From assembly GCA_964550205.1 (NCBI GenBank), contig CAZJYD010000006.1:30725-94724 (forward strand): DNA of 64,000 bases, written 5' to 3'. The first letter of the stretch is position 1. The number at the start of each line of letters is the position of its first letter. The notes beneath the pieces are model-generated. The model did no database searches. It was not told the DNA's origin and worked only from the letters and a program-made list of their open reading frames with translations. Positions 59,060 to 64,000 of the stretch are shown piece after piece. The DNA comes from an uncultured Bacteroidales bacterium. GTDB taxonomy: Bacteria > Bacteroidota > Bacteroidia > Bacteroidales > JAIOZK01. A program made the translations under genes and the position numbers.

Positions 59060-60913
59060 TTACTTCCAAATTTTCAATTCTTGCCCATCTGCCCCAATAA
59101 AAACCACATAACTAATATGTGCTTCGTACTTTATCTTAACATTACCAATGATCGATTCTGCTTTTTTAACATTAAATGGCACACGCAGACTGACTCCTTC
59201 TGTTTTTATACCTGAATGTTCCACCAGGTTGATAAGGTAATAGTCTCCTTTGTCCTCACTGAAAAATCGTAATTTAGATAGCCCGTATCTGAAATCAGAG
59301 ATCTTGTCAAGTGTAGTTATCCATGTTCTTTCTTTTTTGACTTTTGAAACCAAGCTTTTTAAAGGAATTAAGGTCTCCTCGCTTCTTCCTGAATAACCAG
59401 GGTGCCCTATATATACCATAACTCCATTATAGGGTTTTACAGCTAATTTCCAGTAATTCAACAAATAATTTTGATATAGTTGAACCGCTTTTTGTATTTG
59501 TTTCGGATTTGTATCTTTTTCATTGATAAAGTCTTGGTAGAAGTAAAAATCATCATGGTAAACGGGTGATATTTCCATAATATCACTTGTAGTGAAAAAC
59601 TGGTCATTGGAAATGATAAGATTATACGGAACAACTGAACCATGAAAAAATGTAAGGTTGTTAGCTCCTATAGTCGACACGTATTTTACTCCTTTTTCAT
59701 TAAGAGCCATCAAGCCCCAATAACTGGGGGTTGTATAAGGGAATCTGAAACCTGTGAAGGTTTGCTTCCAGTGATTTTCATTTCTTATTATATCCATAAG
59801 TGCTCTTGAATAATCCAATCCAGGATATCTTTTGTATCCAAATCCACTTGAGCCCAGCAAAAGGTTCTCCCCCTTAATATAGTTATATGTATCCGAATTA
59901 ATAAGTCCATTAGTAAATAAAACAGGCTTTATTTTTTCTTTTTTGAGGTACTTAAATACTCTTTGATATTGTTCCACATCTCCGTTAGCATTCAGGCTTA
60001 CACAAAAAGCCTGTGCGTAGTTCTCAGGCCAGGGATTAAGCTCTAATTTTATATTATTTAGTTGTTTAAAGTCATCAATAACATAGTGGTAAAAATGCGA
60101 GATTTGTTGTGCACTGAATTCTCCTCCGCTTGTTACAGTTTGCAGGAAATCAGAGGTTGCCAGGAGGTAAGTTGTACCTTTTCCATGTCTGTTTTTTATT
60201 AATGCCGGCAAACTGTCTTCGTTCAATATCCAGTTACCCAATACTTCCATTGAATCAGAAAAAACAGAATCCATAACCAGTGCCCATTTACTGTGAGCTG
60301 GTTCTTCTCTGAAGCTTCCCTCAAAACGCCCTGGTATTGTAAAACTGATATGATGGTCGTCCATATACCGTTCTTCCATTGTTCCGCCTAAACACTCGGC
60401 CAGCGGGAAATTTTCAGGCGTTAGTCTTTTGAATACTGAAATCCGGTCGGTGCCGTCGTGGTAGTTTCTTCCGACATTGTCCCCTGCTATCAGAACACCG
60501 CCTGCAGCAACAAACTCACAAAGTATTTTCAATTCTTCATCCGACATAAACGACAATGAGTAGTTTCTGTCGTTATCATGGAAGCCCTGAGCAGTGGATA
60601 AAACAAGAATATTGTATTGAAACAGGGCCTCTTTGTCAAAGAGAATCTCGCGTGTTTCCATACTGGAAACAACACCTTTCTGGTTCATGGACTGAATTGC
60701 AACAATGATCCCTTCTGGTAAAACCCCGTTTCCGCCCTTTAGTCCTGTCGTAATGAATAAGGCTTTGGGAAGTTGCCTGAATAAAGGGATTTCCTTTTTT
60801 TCTGAAAAAGTATATTTGCTTTCTGTATTACAGGAGATTATTCCTGCGAGCACAATAATAGCTATGACAGAGAGCAGGGAAAAACCGTGTTTAAATCTGT
60901 CTTTCATTACCAT
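59060..60913 (-). CDS. lipoprotein, function unknown; N-terminal GATase1/ThuA-like segment and C-terminal deacetylase-fold-like segment
   Basis: Lipobox GIISC. YNILVLSTAQGF...LCEFVAAGGVLIAGDNVG. Later AFCVSLNANGD...KIKPVLFTNG and VMVYIGHPGY...WITTLDKISDF resemble the strand order of NodB-fold proteins without the canonical TFDD/HxxH residues. Overlaps the upstream gene by 7 nt. Confidence 0.45.
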   Translation of the reverse strand: MVMKDRFKHGFSLLSVIAIIVLAGIISCNTESKYTFSEKKEIPLFRQLPKALFITTGLKGGNGVLPEGIIVAIQSMNQKGVVSSMETREILFDKEALFQYNILVLSTAQGFHDNDRNYSLSFMSDEELKILCEFVAAGGVLIAGDNVGRNYHDGTDRISVFKRLTPENFPLAECLGGTMEERYMDDHHISFTIPGRFEGSFREEPAHSKWALVMDSVFSDSMEVLGNWILNEDSLPALIKNRHGKGTTYLLATSDFLQTVTSGGEFSAQQISHFYHYVIDDFKQLNNIKLELNPWPENYAQAFCVSLNANGDVEQYQRVFKYLKKEKIKPVLFTNGLINSDTYNYIKGENLLLGSSGFGYKRYPGLDYSRALMDIIRNENHWKQTFTGFRFPYTTPSYWGLMALNEKGVKYVSTIGANNLTFFHGSVVPYNLIISNDQFFTTSDIMEISPVYHDDFYFYQDFINEKDTNPKQIQKAVQLYQNYLLNYWKLAVKPYNGVMVYIGHPGYSGRSEETLIPLKSLVSKVKKERTWITTLDKISDFRYGLSKLRFFSEDKGDYYLINLVEHSGIKTEGVSLRVPFNVKKAESIIGNVKIKYEAHISYVVFIGADGQELKIWK

Positions 60914-63909
60914 ATTTTCTTAATCGTTAATTCTTTACCAGGTTTCGCATGCAACAATATTTTACCATCTCTGTTCTGATAAAAACCATCATCTTCCGAG
61001 CCTGAAACTTCTATTTTTGGAGCTTGTGTATAAAAGTAAAAACATAAAGGGTTATCAAAATTGCTTGTATCAAAAGGAATTTCGATAGTTACAAAAATGA
61101 ACTGACCAAATTCGTTTACCTTAAGATTAGCTTTGTCCCGTTCTTTCTGATATTGAAATACATCTTTTTCCGTAGCAATCCAGGAGTTGGTATTACGTGA
61201 CAGTCGCAGGTGTTTTTCCAGCTCTTTCTGGCTGATCTGACTGATCGCTTTTGACTTTTGTTCCGTTTCAGGTATAACCATACTTGTGATATCTTCATAC
61301 TGAAGAACAAGCCAACCTTTATTTTCTTTCAGTTTTTCCAGCACAGATTTAGCTGACAGATCGGAAGCCTTTACCATGATATTGCTCCTCGTTTCTTTGG
61401 TTTCAATTATATCATGACCCTTATTATGCAACTGAGCAACTTCATCAATCCCCATTGTTTTTAATCGTTTACCTGATTTAGTTATTGTATACCCTGCCTG
61501 TTCCTGGCGTAATTCCTTATCAATATTGAAGCTTGCCTTTTTTCTGTATTTATTCAGCAGAGGTTCGGCCAGTTCGTACTGACTGTATGCACTTTTATCA
61601 AACCTAAAGGAAACAGCATTCGAATGACCCATATAAAATTTACAGAGCTCAAAATAGTCTTCCACCGGCCTTGATAATCTCTGCAAAGGTTTATAAAAAT
61701 CATATTTAAAACAATATCTTAATGAATCATAAACAGGTTTTAATCTTTGTACAAAGGATGGTTCTTTCCATGTTTGCCATTCGTGTAAATAGGTACCATC
61801 ATCAGGAATCCTGTATAGTTCTTTGTTAGTTGTGTCTGTTACAAATATTTGTAATTCTATTCCCTTTGTTTTTAAACATTCAATTTCCGGTGTTTCTATA
61901 ACATTGTCCAAAACACATCCCTTTGAAGGATCAGTGACATTAAGCAAATGCCAGGTTAATCTCATTTCAAGTATATTTGTACTATCATTGTAGTACCAGT
62001 CGGCATTGGAGTATTGCGGCCGGCTATTGTTTCCAAAGATTAGCAGGCTTCGGTTCAACACGATCGAATCCACATGCTCACCTGTGAGGAATTCACGGCC
62101 TCTGTTGGTAAACATAAGTTGTTCAATAAATTTGGCATTTTCATTCGTAACCGATCTGTAATCCGGTATATTGTCATTGAAAATATCCGTATAAACTGAA
62201 TATGTTTCATCAACAAGTATTCGGGCGCTATCTTTATTGATGATCTCAATAAAAAATTCAAAACCATTTTCGAATCTTTCTTCGGTAAATGGAAGTCGAT
62301 GGTCTCCCTGTTCACCAGGCACAATATCAATGGCGATATAAATGTTTCTATTTTCAAAGTTCAGTTTTTCAACAGGCAGTGCTATATGAAAATAAGAAGG
62401 ATCACCACTGGTTCTGATACTTTGTAGCTTTCCTGCCTCTGCATGCTGCCAGTCATCCAAGATACCATCCAGTATTTTCCTCTCCGGTTCAAGCGCCATT
62501 ATACCAAAATTCTGTTCCGGATTTTCCATATTATGCCATAGTTTGCGATTTTCAAAAGGAATTTCAAAATCCATAACCAGCCAGTTGTGTTTAAACCATT
62601 CATCTGCCCATTCAAAATATATGGCACCAGCACAACCAGATTTAAAAATATTACGAGTAAGCCTGCTGTTTAAATGTGCATGCGATAATTCATCGTGCCC
62701 TCCTTGGTCCAGACCAGATGGGGTTTGATGGCTGTTGCCTCTGCTGGAAGGTAATCCATACTCTGCAATTACAAGAGGCATTCCCTGATGATGAACCTTA
62801 AGTTCGCTTAAATAAGCCCTGAAATTATCCTCTTCTCCTTCCTCATTCAAATAACCGGCATATTTAGGATCCAGATATATGAAGTCCGGGTAATAAGGAT
62901 ATACGTGGTAAGAAGCAAAAATACCCGGGAAAAATACAGGGCTGGCATGAAAATTCATAAAATCAACATACTCCAGGTCATTGTCATATTCTCTCACTCT
63001 TTCATTTTCAATAAATTCGGTATTATGAAAAAGAGGATCAAGAGGCAACCAGTTTACAAATGAAACCATGTGCTGCATACTATAGGTCATAGTTTCATAA
63101 AGTACGATAAAATCCATCATTCTGGCCAGCCAGACTTCCATAGGTGTGCCATAATGCACACCAATAAAATGGCCCTGGAAGTGATCAGAGGTATTCTGAT
63201 GGTTAGTTTTCACAACACCATCAGGTTCCCACTCCCGGCCAAAAAGAATACCGGCAACATATTGAGATACATCTGTTGAGTATATTCCGTGAGCTTTACC
63301 TTTTTTGGGTTTTAAAACCGCATTTCCATGCAGTACATCAATAACATCGGTTATTTCTTTTTGCATCGCCCTTGTGTAGTCTGCATCAAGATAATTATGT
63401 GTTTCCGGAATAGTTGCCCAAACACCCTGCAGAAGATAAAGTGGCTTATCGTGGTGTAATAAATTGTATTGGGCAAAGGCATTATAAAATTCAGGAGGAA
63501 GAATCGTGTATGTTCTAATGGTGTTGGCTTCCATTTTTCCGATCAATATTAACCATTCTAAATACTCTTCCATTGACATAGAGAACTCCGCAGGAAATTT
63601 TCCGGGCAAAGCCACGCCTATGTTTACGCCTTTCATTAAAAACCCCTCCCATTCTATCTCCCTGCTTTCATTATTCTTTCGGAGAGATTTAAAAGCATCA
63701 CCATCTGTTTGAAAATAATAATTAACCTCGTTGGCAAGGTTCTGCAATACTTCCAAAGGCAACTGACCAACCAGTGGGGCATTATCATCTTCGATATATT
63801 CTTTGACGATTTTTTCTGAACGAATGGATTGCTCGTACCTCAGCATTTCATATACAATATAGCTTAATAATGCTATAAGTATCAGTACAATTATTACTTT
63901 TCCTTTCAT
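60907..63909 (-). CDS. membrane-anchored 1000-aa protein: clan GH-A (GH17-like) glycoside hydrolase-like domain plus degenerate CE4 (NodB)-like C-terminal domain
   Basis: N-terminal TM helix. KGVNIGVALPG...IRTY. Candidate acid/base in LFGREWEPD and nucleophile in PLVIAEYGLPSSRG (compare GH17 ..SE.GWPS.G). C-terminal AVSFRFDKSAYSQYELAEPLLNKYRKKASFNI...HNKGHDIIE...WLVLQYEDI follows NodB-fold order with substituted catalytic residues. Confidence 0.5.
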   Translation of the reverse strand: MKGKVIIVLILIALLSYIVYEMLRYEQSIRSEKIVKEYIEDDNAPLVGQLPLEVLQNLANEVNYYFQTDGDAFKSLRKNNESREIEWEGFLMKGVNIGVALPGKFPAEFSMSMEEYLEWLILIGKMEANTIRTYTILPPEFYNAFAQYNLLHHDKPLYLLQGVWATIPETHNYLDADYTRAMQKEITDVIDVLHGNAVLKPKKGKAHGIYSTDVSQYVAGILFGREWEPDGVVKTNHQNTSDHFQGHFIGVHYGTPMEVWLARMMDFIVLYETMTYSMQHMVSFVNWLPLDPLFHNTEFIENERVREYDNDLEYVDFMNFHASPVFFPGIFASYHVYPYYPDFIYLDPKYAGYLNEEGEEDNFRAYLSELKVHHQGMPLVIAEYGLPSSRGNSHQTPSGLDQGGHDELSHAHLNSRLTRNIFKSGCAGAIYFEWADEWFKHNWLVMDFEIPFENRKLWHNMENPEQNFGIMALEPERKILDGILDDWQHAEAGKLQSIRTSGDPSYFHIALPVEKLNFENRNIYIAIDIVPGEQGDHRLPFTEERFENGFEFFIEIINKDSARILVDETYSVYTDIFNDNIPDYRSVTNENAKFIEQLMFTNRGREFLTGEHVDSIVLNRSLLIFGNNSRPQYSNADWYYNDSTNILEMRLTWHLLNVTDPSKGCVLDNVIETPEIECLKTKGIELQIFVTDTTNKELYRIPDDGTYLHEWQTWKEPSFVQRLKPVYDSLRYCFKYDFYKPLQRLSRPVEDYFELCKFYMGHSNAVSFRFDKSAYSQYELAEPLLNKYRKKASFNIDKELRQEQAGYTITKSGKRLKTMGIDEVAQLHNKGHDIIETKETRSNIMVKASDLSAKSVLEKLKENKGWLVLQYEDITSMVIPETEQKSKAISQISQKELEKHLRLSRNTNSWIATEKDVFQYQKERDKANLKVNEFGQFIFVTIEIPFDTSNFDNPLCFYFYTQAPKIEVSGSEDDGFYQNRDGKILLHAKPGKELTIKKIW

Positions 63910-63910
63910 A

Positions 63911-64000
63911 TTAAAAACTTTTTGAAAGGTTTATAAATCCAATCCAGTTTTCATAATAAGGATTCTTAAAGCGTGATCCGCTAAGTGAAACCGAAAATGA
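63911..64000 (-). CDS. 3' end of an upstream co-oriented gene (partial; function not determinable)
   Basis: Open minus-strand frame from the window edge (...SFSVSLSGSRFKNPYYENWIGFINLSKSF) to TAA at 63911-63913, 1 nt before the ATG of the 1000-aa gene. Confidence 0.6.
   Translation of the reverse strand, partial: SFSVSLSGSRFKNPYYENWIGFINLSKSF

Noticed and set aside
1-64000. Search by eye for tRNA, rRNA, tmRNA, riboswitch, IS elements or integrases
   Set aside because: Intergenic regions are short (mostly under 260 nt) and show only promoter boxes or terminator hairpins. No transposase- or integrase-like ORF is in the track. Small ncRNAs cannot be excluded without covariance-model searches (Infernal/Rfam, tRNAscan-SE).

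Overview
The window is visibly AT-rich and gene-dense, and looks like chromosomal DNA from a Bacteroidota-type anaerobe. Three observations support that assignment: T9SS C-terminal sorting tails, a CarboxypepD_reg-type TonB-dependent receptor, and recurrent TAnnTTTG -7 promoter boxes with almost no Shine-Dalgarno sequences. Most of it is housekeeping and cell-envelope content:
- a partial transketolase
- a GH3/beta-lactamase-fold fusion
- a MurL-like/MurD-like pair
- fmt, HU, recQ, mpg, dnaB, murB and ftsE
- a complete rnfBCDGEA operon
- two Crp/Fnr regulators and an NADH-oxidase-type flavoprotein

I found no rRNA, tRNA, CRISPR array, transposase, integrase or recognisable defence system. The points most worth a second look are:
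1. A three-gene (or longer) minus-strand operon at the 3' edge (59060-64000). It encodes a 1000-aa membrane-anchored protein with a clan GH-A/GH17-like catalytic signature plus a degenerate CE4-like domain, followed by a 617-aa lipoprotein. It is a candidate uncharacterised exopolysaccharide-processing system, but the window edge truncates it.
2. The MurL-like/MurD2-like pair, which would imply L-Glu ligation followed by epimerisation.
3. An FNR-type regulator whose cysteine spacing matches E. coli FNR. It sits upstream of rnf, and a TGTGA-N6-TCACG palindrome overlaps the predicted rnfB promoter.
4. A ribosomal protein bTHX carrying a ~120-aa lysine-rich tail.
5. Two gene-decay zones (31974-34304 and 57553-59059).
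6. A translationally coupled DUF2752/TM2 module next to a zinc-ribbon/LysM protein and a small coiled-coil protein.

All functional calls rest on motif recognition by eye in the supplied translations. No database search was run.
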